Shown: positions 34,958-44,419 of the stretch, in pieces
How positions within the stretch are numbered: the first letter of the stretch is position 1
Layout: every line of letters begins with the position of its first letter
Virus record (IMG/VR): IMGVR_UViG_3300035696_000002
DNA length: 64,000 bases
Source: a virus
Lineage: Duplodnaviria > Heunggongvirae > Uroviricota > Caudoviricetes
Direction: 5' to 3' (one strand)
Program-made: the position numbers and the translations under genes
Notes under the pieces: model-generated
What the model was told of the DNA's origin: nothing
Seen by the model: the letters and a program-made list of their open reading frames with translations, nothing else
Database searches by the model: none

Positions 34958-35839
34958 CTACCCCCGCTTTTCACCCCCAGATTTTAACCCCTCGTCGAGC
35001 AACTTCCGCATTCTCTTCGCATCGCCGAATGCCGAATAGTACCTGCCAGCCAGTTTGGTGTTGGTGCCAGCCTTTTCCTGATTCGCCCACACACGATTCT
35101 TCCATTCCACCCACGCGGCGGACTGAGTTGTGCTGAGCATCGGGTGCCACAGGTGTAGAACCCGGAACGGGGCCGTCTTGTGGCGTCCGTACAGCGTGTC
35201 CATCGCCTGCACAGCGGAATGATCCTCGCCGCCCCAGCCACGGAACCGCTCATCCCAGCCGCCCACAGCCTCAAATGCCTCACGCGGCATGATCTGAACC
35301 ATTGCACCGTACCAATGCCCGTGCTGCGAGCCCTGCGTGTTCTGAATGTCACCAGCTTCGAGCTTAGCGAACTGGTGGGGCTTCTTCGGATCGGACTCAA
35401 GCACACGAGTCGCCGCTTTTTCAGTCAGCCGATAGAATTCGCGATAAGGAACGAACCACAACTTACGCTGTTTCTTTTTCGCCTCTCTGATTTTGTCGGC
35501 ACAATGGAGCAGAGCCTCAGGAGGAACGTAGCCGTCAGCGTCCACGACCACAAAAACGTCTCCCTTGGCCTTGGATGCAGCGTCGTTCACCGCCGCCGAC
35601 TTTGAAAACGGGATCGAAGGGTCATTCATCGCAACACGATCTTCTCCCATGATGATTTCGGCACCCGGAAGTTGAGCGGCCCAGTACTTTTTGAGCCAAG
35701 CCCAGTTCTTGGCCCGCTGATTGGTCTCGTCCGGGCAGAGAAACGGAACCAGAATGCTGATTCCGTGACCACGGCGGCGATTGAACAGTGCTTTCAACAC
35801 GAGGGCTACTCCTATTAGGATGAGAACAGTCGTAATCAT
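34958..35839 (-). CDS. GT-A glycosyltransferase (GT2/GT7-like)
   Basis: N-terminal TM, VDAD, GGWDERFRGWGGED, HLWH. Confidence 0.85.
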   Translation of the reverse strand: MITTVLILIGVALVLKALFNRRRGHGISILVPFLCPDETNQRAKNWAWLKKYWAAQLPGAEIIMGEDRVAMNDPSIPFSKSAAVNDAASKAKGDVFVVVDADGYVPPEALLHCADKIREAKKKQRKLWFVPYREFYRLTEKAATRVLESDPKKPHQFAKLEAGDIQNTQGSQHGHWYGAMVQIMPREAFEAVGGWDERFRGWGGEDHSAVQAMDTLYGRHKTAPFRVLHLWHPMLSTTQSAAWVEWKNRVWANQEKAGTNTKLAGRYYSAFGDAKRMRKLLDEGLKSGGEKRG

Positions 35840-36616
35840 TTACTTCAACGCTCCTGCTAGAGCTTTGTAAGCATCGTAGATGGACGATTGAACATCTTCG
35901 ACGCGGGCACGATGGGGCTCAGTCATCTTGTCGGTCACAAATGGAATGCGGAGCGAAGCATGGTAATCCCGGAACTTAAAATCTCCGCCCTCTTTCGCCA
36001 TGGCCGGGCAAATTTCAACCCGGCGAGGGATTCCGCCAAACGAATCCGCAGCGATCATCCCGTGTAACGAAGATGTAACAATCCGGCGACACGATCCGAT
36101 CTCGCGGAGAACTGTAAGTGGGTCGTCCTTGGGGTTGATGACCTTGATAGTCGTACCCTTCGGCATGATCCGCTTGAACCGGGGCACCAGAACGTTATCC
36201 TGCCAGTGAGGGACGACGCCTAAGTCCCAGACCTTCTCCTGTGGCCCGACTAACTCCGCCGCTAACAGGCCGGGATCACCCAGAGCCGGGTTGCCGGGCA
36301 TACTGCGAGCGGAAAGTGGCCCCCGTACCGCAAGGATCGTCGCCATCCTCATGTTGTGGAGGCGTGAGGTCTCGAATAATTTACCTGATCCCAGAACGTA
36401 CCCGTCCCACAGCGGGGGTAGATGTTCCAAAATCGAACCAATGGATGCAACCGAGGCGTGAGACACTGTCGCCCACTCGACTTCGATGTCAGCGAAGTGT
36501 TCAAGTAGGAGCGGAGCCAACGCATCGCCGAAATTAGGGACTTCCTTCCACCAGTATGCGTTGACCGGACGAGCCCTGAAAAGATTTTTGAAGAAATTCA
36601 CTGCTTGGAGTCTCAC
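35840..36616 (-). CDS. polysaccharide pyruvyl transferase (ExoV-like)
   Basis: NFGD, AVRGPLS, GDPGLL, VPHW, SSLHG. Confidence 0.85.
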   Translation of the reverse strand: MRLQAVNFFKNLFRARPVNAYWWKEVPNFGDALAPLLLEHFADIEVEWATVSHASVASIGSILEHLPPLWDGYVLGSGKLFETSRLHNMRMATILAVRGPLSARSMPGNPALGDPGLLAAELVGPQEKVWDLGVVPHWQDNVLVPRFKRIMPKGTTIKVINPKDDPLTVLREIGSCRRIVTSSLHGMIAADSFGGIPRRVEICPAMAKEGGDFKFRDYHASLRIPFVTDKMTEPHRARVEDVQSSIYDAYKALAGALK

Positions 36617-36684
36617 TTGCCTCTAACCAAGAGAGGCATAAGCGAGAAAAAATTTCGGGACTGGCGAAAGTTTATTTTGCCAAT

Positions 36685-36710
36685 AAAAATGCGGCCCCCG
36701 TGGGGGCCGC
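36685..36710 (-). terminator. intrinsic terminator
   Basis: GCGGCCCCC-GT-GGGGGCCGC hairpin followed by T-run on - strand. Confidence 0.6.
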
Positions 36711-36732
36711 TCCCGCTACCGCGTGCAAAATT

Positions 36733-37323
36733 TTAGTGTGAGTCGCCCTTGAAGAACGCTTCAAACTTGGTCTTTTCTGAGCAATAATCGTTGTGGGCTG
36801 GCAGGAAAACTGATCGGTCAAAGCTGCCGGGCAGTGCCGCCATAAATGCGTGATGATAGCTGCCGTCGTTTGTCGTCCACTCAGCCATACCCAAGAGACG
36901 GAACTTATCCCCTGTTTGCCCGTTAGAGAAAAGGGTCAACCTTTCCCACTGCGGTTGGTCAGGGGAAAATGTCAGGGCGACCACATCGGACTTGTCCTTT
37001 ATGACTGCGGCGTAGTAGTTGTCGCCGATGACGCCGATCTTGGCCATATCCGTGTGGATGAAGTCGATGATCTCGACGCGGGGGCGGTGCTTCCCCGTGG
37101 GAGAGGCGGCGATTTCCAAGCCCATCGCGGCAGGCATCGTGCCCTGACAAAACAGGGCCGTGTACTTGCCCAGCAACGGCTTGATAGCGGTGTCGATGTC
37201 GGTGCCACTCAGTTCAACGACGCCATCCTTGAGGTCAAGCGGGTCGATGGCTGGGGCTGGCTTCACGTTCTGAGCGAACGCTGACGCAGCGAAAAGAACT
37301 ACAGCGAGGAATGCAAGTTTCAT
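36733..37323 (-). CDS. secreted protein
   Basis: Signal peptide MKLAFLAVVLFAASAFA. Confidence 0.7.
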   Translation of the reverse strand: MKLAFLAVVLFAASAFAQNVKPAPAIDPLDLKDGVVELSGTDIDTAIKPLLGKYTALFCQGTMPAAMGLEIAASPTGKHRPRVEIIDFIHTDMAKIGVIGDNYYAAVIKDKSDVVALTFSPDQPQWERLTLFSNGQTGDKFRLLGMAEWTTNDGSYHHAFMAALPGSFDRSVFLPAHNDYCSEKTKFEAFFKGDSH

Positions 37324-37829
37324 TGGGCCTCCGCCTGAGCAGTCTGGGTTTCTTCAACTGGCACCACGACCGGGGTCGTGTGAGTGTGCCGCAAATCTTT
37401 GGGTAGGTTGCAGCCGGGCTCTGTACAGGCCGGAGCCTCGTCTGGAACTTCCTCAGTGGCCACGAACGGGGCCGGATCGGATGCAGGCACGGCTTCGTAG
37501 CTGAAAATGTATTCGGTCGCGTCTTCGGGCTTCGTGACGCCTTCAGGCATGTCCCACTTGATGTTGATGCGGAGGGATTCAAACGCCTTCATCTCCTCGA
37601 CGGAAACGAGAGCCGAGTTGTTGGCCCGCTTCAAAAGAATAGCGGCCAGCACGGAAAGGCGGCTGTTTGCCAAGTGCAGCTTGCGGGCCTCGGTGATGAC
37701 TTGGCCGAGGATCGAGTTGGGGTCGGTGCGGAGGGTTTCATTTTCCTGCTCAAGCTGCTGGCAGTACTTCTGGAGCGGCTTGAGGTACATCTTTGTGATG
37801 GCCTTATTCCTTCGGCTGTTGCGTCCCAT
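37320..37829 (-). CDS. hypothetical protein
   Basis: 169-aa coupled ORF. Confidence 0.6.
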   Translation of the reverse strand: MGRNSRRNKAITKMYLKPLQKYCQQLEQENETLRTDPNSILGQVITEARKLHLANSRLSVLAAILLKRANNSALVSVEEMKAFESLRINIKWDMPEGVTKPEDATEYIFSYEAVPASDPAPFVATEEVPDEAPACTEPGCNLPKDLRHTHTTPVVVPVEETQTAQAEAQ

Positions 37830-37965
37830 CGGAGTTCCCTTTCAATTTGCATTCGCCGCAGCCATTCTTGATGACTTCGACTGGTTTTGGATTATTGGGT
37901 GTGTGAATGCAGCGGCAATCCGCTATGATAGCACCACACGAACACTTGTAGGTGGTATGGGCCAC
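37804..37965 (-). CDS. small Cys-rich protein (not in ORF track)
   Basis: GTG right after upstream stop; CSC..CRC..CGEC. Confidence 0.4.
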   Translation of the reverse strand: MAHTTYKCSCGAIIADCRCIHTPNNPKPVEVIKNGCGECKLKGNSDGTQQPKE

Positions 37966-38343
37966 TTACTCTGCCTTTTCGACCGGGATCACTGCCGCCG
38001 TTGGAGCCGTGGGCTCCGCTGGGGCTGAGGTCGCTTCCTTCTTCGCCTTCTTTTTCTTGGCGTTCGGATTCTTGGTCATCACTCGCGATTGCGGATGAAC
38101 GATGTACTCCGGTTCCTTCTCTTCCTCATCCGACTCGGGGTTGTGCTTCACCACTTGCTCGCCCGTGGGCAGAGTTTCCGTGATGAGGGTCGGGGGGCCG
38201 ATCTTGTTGTCGAAGAGAGGGTCGATGTACTGCTCGATTCCCATACTGTTCGTGAACGTAATGTTGGAAACCTTCCGATACTTCTCACCGTCTTTCGTTG
38301 TGAAGTATTCGCCGACCTTAACCTCGCCAAAATTTGTGAACAT
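37966..38343 (-). CDS. hypothetical protein
   Basis: AGGAG RBS. Confidence 0.6.
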   Translation of the reverse strand: MFTNFGEVKVGEYFTTKDGEKYRKVSNITFTNSMGIEQYIDPLFDNKIGPPTLITETLPTGEQVVKHNPESDEEEKEPEYIVHPQSRVMTKNPNAKKKKAKKEATSAPAEPTAPTAAVIPVEKAE

Positions 38344-38369
38344 AATGTTCTCCTGCGTATCAATACTGC

Positions 38370-40106
38370 CTAACTCGAAACTTTCTCAGTACCCGTGGAA
38401 TTTTCTTCTGGTAGAGCGATGCCGTGATCCTGAAGAAACTTCGCCGCCAGTTTCTTGATGTAGTCTTCTTCAATCTGGAGTTTCGTGACCAAATCCTGAT
38501 TCGGATCACGCAGGCCTTCGATCTGTTGCTTCTTGACGCCAAGAATATCCGACATGATCGGGTCAGAACCATGATCCGAGAGCAAGTAATAGGAAGTCAC
38601 GGGTTCATCCTGCCCATCCCGGTGGAGACGCCCCTCATCCTGCTCGTGCACGCCGGGACTCCAGTCAAGTTCACCGAAAACGCAGACGTGACAGACGTTT
38701 TGCAGATCGTTGATCCCGGCCCCTGCCCGCAAACTCATCATCATGATCTTCGACTCGCCCTTGACGAATGCCTGCTTGGCCGCTTCCTTCTGTACCGCAG
38801 TCTCAGACCCGGTAAACATGACGGGTTTCAGGTCTCTGATGTCCCGACCGTTGCCCCTGAAGTGTTCGTTCCAAATATCGTAGACCTCGCGGTGCCAGCC
38901 AAAGAGAAGCACCGGGGTATCGTTGTCTTCGACGAGGAATCGCACGAACTGAGCCACGAATGGGGCCTTGGCGATGCCCGTAGCCTGTCGCATCTTCATG
39001 TCGAACTCGCCAGCGGCCTGCATCTTCTGGCCTTTCCACTCCTGCCCCTGTTTCAGGATCAGTTTGGCAAGCTCGATAGCCTGCCCCTGCATCCTTTGCA
39101 GAACTTCTGGGTCGGCGTCGATCTTATGCGGCACGCGGATGATGCCGGGCAGTTCCCGCTTGACTTCCATGCGAGTGCGGCGGAGCATAAGGCCTTCACG
39201 CCGGGCATAAACGCCGAATGCAGCCGGGTCTTTGATGATCGGCTTCGGGCCGTCCTTGTAGGTTACCCATTCACGACGGAATTCTTCCCAATCGCCGAGG
39301 GCGTCCGGCGTAATGACGTTCAGTACATTGAAAATCTCGCCGCCGTAGTTGTAGATCGGCGTCGCGGAGAGTCCCAGTCGGAATGGAACGTTGTCAGCGA
39401 TGTGTTTCGCGGCCAAATACTTTCCAGTGCTGTCATGTCGAAGCTGTTGGCACTCGTCGAACACCACGGACTTGACGATTGGAGCCAAAGTCTCGGCCCA
39501 GCCGCCTATTTTCGAGTAATTCGTGATGATGACATCGGGCAAGTTGCCTTTCTTGTCCGTGAAATCGTAGGGATGGCCTTTCTTCAGGATGTGGCACTTC
39601 AGATCGGTGAACTTTTCCACCTCATCACGCCACTGCCACGGGAGATGGGTGAGCGTAACGACCAGTGCGGGCGTCGTGCGGGGGTCTGTGAAGCCCGCGA
39701 TGGCCACGCAGGTCTTGCCCAGACCAACATCATCGGCAAGAAGGAGCCCGCCAGCCGTGAGCCACATGTTTGTCGCCAGCGATTGATACTCGCGTGGCGG
39801 CAATTTCATCTGAAACTCACCTTTGTGTTCGCCGGAGAGTAGCTTTTCGATGAGGGCCTGTCGTTCCCGGTGCTTGTCGGCCTGTTCCTTCAACATCCAG
39901 CCCGGATAAATCTCCATGGGGTAGCGAGTGAGGAAGGCTTCGAGATCGCGGCAGTTTTCCGGCGTTGCTCCGATGGAATGGGTGCCGTATTGGTAGGTAT
40001 CGACGCGAGGGAACCACCGTTTTAGACGGATCGCGACTTGGGGCTCGCAGACAATGTCCCAGCAGCGGTTGATTTTATTGTAGGTGACGGAGCCGTAGGA
40101 TTCCAC
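38370..40106 (-). CDS. SNF2-family helicase
   Basis: DDVGLGKT, DECQ, LSATP, LRRT, QDEGRLHRDGQ. Confidence 0.9.
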   Translation of the reverse strand: MESYGSVTYNKINRCWDIVCEPQVAIRLKRWFPRVDTYQYGTHSIGATPENCRDLEAFLTRYPMEIYPGWMLKEQADKHRERQALIEKLLSGEHKGEFQMKLPPREYQSLATNMWLTAGGLLLADDVGLGKTCVAIAGFTDPRTTPALVVTLTHLPWQWRDEVEKFTDLKCHILKKGHPYDFTDKKGNLPDVIITNYSKIGGWAETLAPIVKSVVFDECQQLRHDSTGKYLAAKHIADNVPFRLGLSATPIYNYGGEIFNVLNVITPDALGDWEEFRREWVTYKDGPKPIIKDPAAFGVYARREGLMLRRTRMEVKRELPGIIRVPHKIDADPEVLQRMQGQAIELAKLILKQGQEWKGQKMQAAGEFDMKMRQATGIAKAPFVAQFVRFLVEDNDTPVLLFGWHREVYDIWNEHFRGNGRDIRDLKPVMFTGSETAVQKEAAKQAFVKGESKIMMMSLRAGAGINDLQNVCHVCVFGELDWSPGVHEQDEGRLHRDGQDEPVTSYYLLSDHGSDPIMSDILGVKKQQIEGLRDPNQDLVTKLQIEEDYIKKLAAKFLQDHGIALPEENSTGTEKVSS

Positions 40107-40118
40107 CTACGTCTAATA

Positions 40119-40379
40119 CTAGAATTTCAGGGAAGCTGGACGATCAATCGGAAAACCGAGACGCTGGAGGAGGGCAACGAAGGTGTCAATGATGAAATGG
40201 GCCGCGATAGCGATGATGAACAGGAGGACGAACGCATAGGCGTCACAACAAACTGCCTTCCACCAACTCCCGGTCATCGCAAATACGATGCCTCCGGCCA
40301 AAGAAGTGAAAGGAAGGAAAACGTAGGACAGGTACCGCATCGGAATGACATCGGATGTCCAGAATTCCCGGAACGTCAT
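40119..40379 (-). CDS. membrane protein
   Basis: Hydrophobic; ATGA overlap. Confidence 0.5.
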   Translation of the reverse strand: MTFREFWTSDVIPMRYLSYVFLPFTSLAGGIVFAMTGSWWKAVCCDAYAFVLLFIIAIAAHFIIDTFVALLQRLGFPIDRPASLKF

Positions 40380-40525
40380 AGATGCTTCAGTATAGCATAG
40401 ACGCCCCAGCCCGCCAAAAAGACCCACACGAAGCCAATCTGAGTGTGAGCCTGCCCGGTGCTGCGGTCGCCCCACATGAGGCCGTAGGGGCCGATCCAGA
40501 ACTGCCATTTGCGTTCATTGTTCAT
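40376..40525 (-). CDS. 49-aa membrane peptide (not in ORF track)
   Basis: MNNERKWQFW..GFVWVFLAGWGVYAILKHL; ATGA overlaps at both ends. Confidence 0.45.
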   Translation of the reverse strand: MNNERKWQFWIGPYGLMWGDRSTGQAHTQIGFVWVFLAGWGVYAILKHL

Positions 40526-40746
40526 TTCTGCAAGAAACCCTTCACCTGCTCGCACGGCACCGTGGCGATGCTGGTAGAATTGTACCCTTCAACCAGACTG
40601 TTCACCGCCGCGAAGCAGATGTGAGTGCGTTCATCCTGAAAATAGGTGATGTTGTGTGACTGAACCGGATCGGCTGGCGTGTTGTTCTGACAAGCAACGA
40701 GGCCAAGTAGAGCGGCAATTACGAGCCCGCTGAGTACGTTTTTCAT
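40522..40746 (-). CDS. small lipoprotein
   Basis: MKNVLSGLVIAALLGLVAC lipobox. Confidence 0.6.
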   Translation of the reverse strand: MKNVLSGLVIAALLGLVACQNNTPADPVQSHNITYFQDERTHICFAAVNSLVEGYNSTSIATVPCEQVKGFLQK

Positions 40747-40940
40747 GCGTTTGCTGCCTTCTTTTTCTTGGGGTCGGCCCAACGGCCAACATGCCAGAAA
40801 CCACACTCCCGGCACTTGTAGGCGTTGAGGCGTTTGTAGCTCTTGCCCCAGCGTTTGCGTTTTACAGTGTCTTTCCAAGCCTCACATGCGGCTCGGGCGG
40901 ATGTCTCATCGAGATGTTTGATCTTGCCTTCGCAGCCCAT
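40743..40940 (-). CDS. small zinc-binding protein
   Basis: C..K..AYKCRECGFWHVG. Confidence 0.6.
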   Translation of the reverse strand: MGCEGKIKHLDETSARAACEAWKDTVKRKRWGKSYKRLNAYKCRECGFWHVGRWADPKKKKAANA

Positions 40941-40968
40941 TGGACGATTCTGTGCGTAAATTGGACGA

Positions 40969-41340
40969 TTACAAGAAACTGTTCAGCAAATATACCACAT
41001 ACAGTGGCTTCCCGTTCATCTCGTCCGGCATATTTTTGTGCTTGGATCGCGTGGTCACGAGAATGAGATGGTTCACTTCGGGTAGTTTAGCATAACGCCA
41101 CAGTTGCCGGGTGACAGATGAGGTGGACGAGTCAACTTTCACCTCGATAGCAACATCGCCGACAAGAAAATCGAGGCGATCACCTCGCGTCAGTGGCACC
41201 TCGGCCTTGAATTCGAATTTGAGTTGCGTGAGAACCTGAGCAATACCGCGTTGCAAATCCTTTTCTTCGTTGAAATGGAATTTGCTCTCGTAAATTGCCT
41301 TGGCAATCGTCTCGGCTTTAGATAGCGTCGGGGTCGTCAT
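40969..41340 (-). CDS. PD-(D/E)xK restriction-fold nuclease
   Basis: E..RLDFLV..IEVK..QLWRY. Confidence 0.65.
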   Translation of the reverse strand: MTTPTLSKAETIAKAIYESKFHFNEEKDLQRGIAQVLTQLKFEFKAEVPLTRGDRLDFLVGDVAIEVKVDSSTSSVTRQLWRYAKLPEVNHLILVTTRSKHKNMPDEMNGKPLYVVYLLNSFL

Positions 41341-41557
41341 CGCGTAAATAATTTTCCTCAGGCACGCGAGAGTTGATAATGGAGTTGATGAGACGCACGG
41401 TCGCGGCGTGAACTTCGGGAGAAGGTCTCCATGGTTGCGGCTCAGGCTCGTCCTCGCAGCCGCACGGGATGTCAATTCCGGCACCCCACGGCTCTACGCC
41501 GCCAGAGTCAACAACTCCGGTGCCGTTGCACCAACCGCACTTTACGGGTTCTCCCAT
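41318..41557 (-). CDS. CxxCxGxG zinc-finger protein
   Basis: CGWCNGTG..CGC. Confidence 0.5.
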   Translation of the reverse strand: MGEPVKCGWCNGTGVVDSGGVEPWGAGIDIPCGCEDEPEPQPWRPSPEVHAATVRLINSIINSRVPEENYLRDDDPDAI

Positions 41558-41886
41558 AACACCTTAATACCCGACAAAAAGGTCATATCGTAACTGGTGG
41601 GGACTGTTTTTGTAGTGCAAGCATCGCACTGGCACGCAAAACTGACTGGGTGCGTGGCGTTGGTGTAGAAAAGTGGCTCATCATCCGGCAGATGAGCGTC
41701 GAATGGGTTGAACATGGCCTTCTCCTGTTCAAACTTGAGGGCATCAAGTTTTTCACGAGCAACCTCCGGGTCAGGCCCGTACCCCTTACAGTAAAAGTCG
41801 TCCCAACGATTTCGGTGGAGGTCAGCGAAACGCGGCAGTTGCTTATCTGACTGTAGCTTTCTCCAACGCTCCACCGAATCGTCCAT
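41542..41886 (-). CDS. hypothetical protein
   Basis: 114-aa ORF. Confidence 0.5.
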   Translation of the reverse strand: MDDSVERWRKLQSDKQLPRFADLHRNRWDDFYCKGYGPDPEVAREKLDALKFEQEKAMFNPFDAHLPDDEPLFYTNATHPVSFACQCDACTTKTVPTSYDMTFLSGIKVLWENP

Positions 41887-41903
41887 ACAAAGGGGACGGC
41901 TAG

Positions 41904-42599
41904 TTATTTGGTTACCAGTTCGAGCAGAGGGTCTTCGACCCCATCCTCGGCAGCGGATTCGGCGGCGGTACCGAGAAGGTCGCCAAATACCCCCTCATCG
42001 TCGGTTGCCCCCGTGGTCAGGTCTACAACCATCTCCGGCGAGGAGTTGGTCATGTTGACGGTCGTCCACTGCGGGGCCGTGCCCGTGCTGCTCAGCGTGA
42101 CCCCTGTGGCACCATCGCTGCTGCCGCAGTTGGCCGTGGCCAAGTTGAACGTGCTGATGTTGCCCGAATTACTGACTCCCACGGCGTTGGAGAAGCACCC
42201 GCCTTGGAAGTTGCCATTGGACGTGATGGTTTGCGTCGTGGGCACCTGATACGTGCCGTTCGAGCCCGTCGTGTTCAGGGTGATGGTCGAACCGCCGTAG
42301 GGATACCACTGCTGATTCGGATACCAGACCCAGTTGGGGTAGGTGTAGACGTAGCGGATGTTCTGCGGGGGCTCTGTGCCCTCAATTAGGGCCTTCAGGG
42401 AGCGATCCAGCATGTCGAGCCGGGCTACCTCTGCCAAAAGCTCTGAATGGTTCTTCTGTGCCGCTGCGAGACGTTTTTCCGCCGCGACCAGAGCCTTTTT
42501 CTTGCCCGCAAGCTCTTTTGAAGCGTGCAGGGCGAGCTTTGTGTACTTCGTTACCTTCTTTTTCTTCGTTTTTGGGACTTGCTTTGTCGATTTTGCCAT
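41904..42599 (-). CDS. hypothetical protein (basic coiled coil, Ser/Thr-rich middle, acidic tail)
   Basis: GAGGT RBS; composition. Confidence 0.65.
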   Translation of the reverse strand: MAKSTKQVPKTKKKKVTKYTKLALHASKELAGKKKALVAAEKRLAAAQKNHSELLAEVARLDMLDRSLKALIEGTEPPQNIRYVYTYPNWVWYPNQQWYPYGGSTITLNTTGSNGTYQVPTTQTITSNGNFQGGCFSNAVGVSNSGNISTFNLATANCGSSDGATGVTLSSTGTAPQWTTVNMTNSSPEMVVDLTTGATDDEGVFGDLLGTAAESAAEDGVEDPLLELVTK

Positions 42600-42702
42600 G
42601 TGGCACCTCTAAAAATGCACTTTCGTAGTTCAAAAACGTCAAATCAGCGAACTGACTTGCGATTCTGAATACTTAATACTGCAAAAATGCAAATCCCAAA
42701 AC

Positions 42703-42729
42703 AAAAAGCCCCGACTTTCATCGGGGCTT
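42703..42729 (-). terminator. intrinsic terminator
   Basis: AAGCCCCGA-TGAAAG-TCGGGGCTTTTT on - strand. Confidence 0.75.
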
Positions 42730-42751
42730 AGTGATTTTTCAGGTTTTACCG

Positions 42752-44416
42752 TTATGACTGTCCGATTACCTGATAGTTCCATGTTGCGGATGCGGCAGGC
42801 GGTGTGGTGACATTGACCGTGAAGCCTGTCCAAGCACCAGCGGAGCCCTGATAGGTGACCCAGACGCCGCCGAGGGCGGTAGGATCGGCACCCACAGCCG
42901 TCAAAGCGACTGTCGGTGCGTTGGTGCCCGTGTAAGCGAAGTTGAAGCCCACTGCCGCCGTGGAAGCCGGGTTGGTCATTGTGACCGTTCCCGCCATATC
43001 CGCGTTGGTAGCACCACCAGCCAGCCCGGCGACGAGGTGTCCATGCGATGAAACTGAGATCGCAGCGGTACTGTTGACGTACCACTGTTGGAGATCGCCA
43101 GTTCCAATGCCTGTAATCTTGAGACCAACCGCCGCAGTGCCCGGAGCGACAGTGACAGCCCCGCCGCTAAGGGCGATTGTGCCGCCGCCTGAGGTTTGAA
43201 TCTGAACACCGCCGCCAGTTGCAGTGACACCGATGTAGTTGCTGCCCGTGTTATCCCACAGAACAACGCCGTCTGTCGCCAGTGATGCGTTGACGAGAAC
43301 ACCCTTGCCGCTAACAGAACCGCTGAGATATGAGCCGCCTGAACCGCCTGTGATAGTCACACCGCCAGCACCATTGCAGGTGACGCCGATGCCGCCCGTA
43401 CCGTCTTCGACGATAGTGAGACCCTGAGACGAGGAGTCCAAAACGGTGAAACCAGAACCGAGTGAGTTGATACCCGGAGCTTGCACGTTCGCACCTTCAA
43501 CCGTGATACCTGCGGAGAACGTCGGGTTGCCTGCCAGAGTTGCATACAGGGCGAGGTTCGGTGTGCCCGTGACCTGCGAGTAGGCAATACTCAGGGCTGA
43601 CTGGCTGATCCACGTAGTCGCGGTGCCCGTTGAACTGAGCAACTGACCAGACGTGCCGAGGGAGCCTGTGTGATCCTTGAAACCGCCGACAAGATTCAGA
43701 TTACCGTTGTAGTCGATCCAAACGGTCTTCGTGCTGGAGGGCGTTGCACCGCTTGCTGTGGTGAAGTCCGCGATGTCCGGGCTTCCAGCGTTGCCGCCAG
43801 TGACCGCAAGGGCGGGAAGACCGCCAATCGAAACGCTGCTGCTGATGCTGATGCCGTTGACATTCAACAGGCCGCTCGTTTTCATGCTGGCAACGATTGT
43901 GCCTTCGTTTGAGCTATACCAGTCTTGGGCCGAAATCGCGATGCCGCCCGATGCACTGACCGTGAGGGCCGTTGTCGAAACCGGGCTGCCGTTGGCAACG
44001 TTGCCGATAACCACGGCACCTGTGCCGCTGACGCTGCTGTTTGTCGCACCAGCGAATGCACCGCTGTTGTTCCACTGGATCGTGCCAGCCGCACCACTCG
44101 GGTTGCCGCCGCTAACGCTGCCCGGAACCCACGCGGAGCCGTTCCATTCGATGACTTGGCCGTTCGTTGCACCTGACTGCTGAAGTGCTGTCAGAGGGAT
44201 GTTGGTGAGAGAAGTCGGGTTGGCGAAGCCGAGGACAACCTGATCGCCGTTAATTCCGGCGACGCTGAGAAGCTGACCTGTGCCAATCGGGGCCGAGTTC
44301 GGCAAATAGATGACAAGACCGCCGCCGATGGACTGCGAGGCGAGTGTGGCTCCGCCTGCAATCGAACCTGTAAGCTGAAGTGTGCCGTTGATAACTGCGT
44401 TCTGTTGGGTTGCCAT
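42752..44416 (-). CDS. putative tail fibre / virion structural protein
   Basis: Gly/Ser/Thr-rich beta composition; GATNGQVIEWNGSAWVP and GTSGQLLSSTG fibre-type motifs. Confidence 0.65.
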   Translation of the reverse strand: MATQQNAVINGTLQLTGSIAGGATLASQSIGGGLVIYLPNSAPIGTGQLLSVAGINGDQVVLGFANPTSLTNIPLTALQQSGATNGQVIEWNGSAWVPGSVSGGNPSGAAGTIQWNNSGAFAGATNSSVSGTGAVVIGNVANGSPVSTTALTVSASGGIAISAQDWYSSNEGTIVASMKTSGLLNVNGISISSSVSIGGLPALAVTGGNAGSPDIADFTTASGATPSSTKTVWIDYNGNLNLVGGFKDHTGSLGTSGQLLSSTGTATTWISQSALSIAYSQVTGTPNLALYATLAGNPTFSAGITVEGANVQAPGINSLGSGFTVLDSSSQGLTIVEDGTGGIGVTCNGAGGVTITGGSGGSYLSGSVSGKGVLVNASLATDGVVLWDNTGSNYIGVTATGGGVQIQTSGGGTIALSGGAVTVAPGTAAVGLKITGIGTGDLQQWYVNSTAAISVSSHGHLVAGLAGGATNADMAGTVTMTNPASTAAVGFNFAYTGTNAPTVALTAVGADPTALGGVWVTYQGSAGAWTGFTVNVTTPPAASATWNYQVIGQS

Positions 44417-44419
44417 GGG

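Noticed and set aside
40389-40394. TATACT promoter on the - strand
   Set aside because: Lies inside a coupled small ORF and spacing to the ATG is 9 nt.
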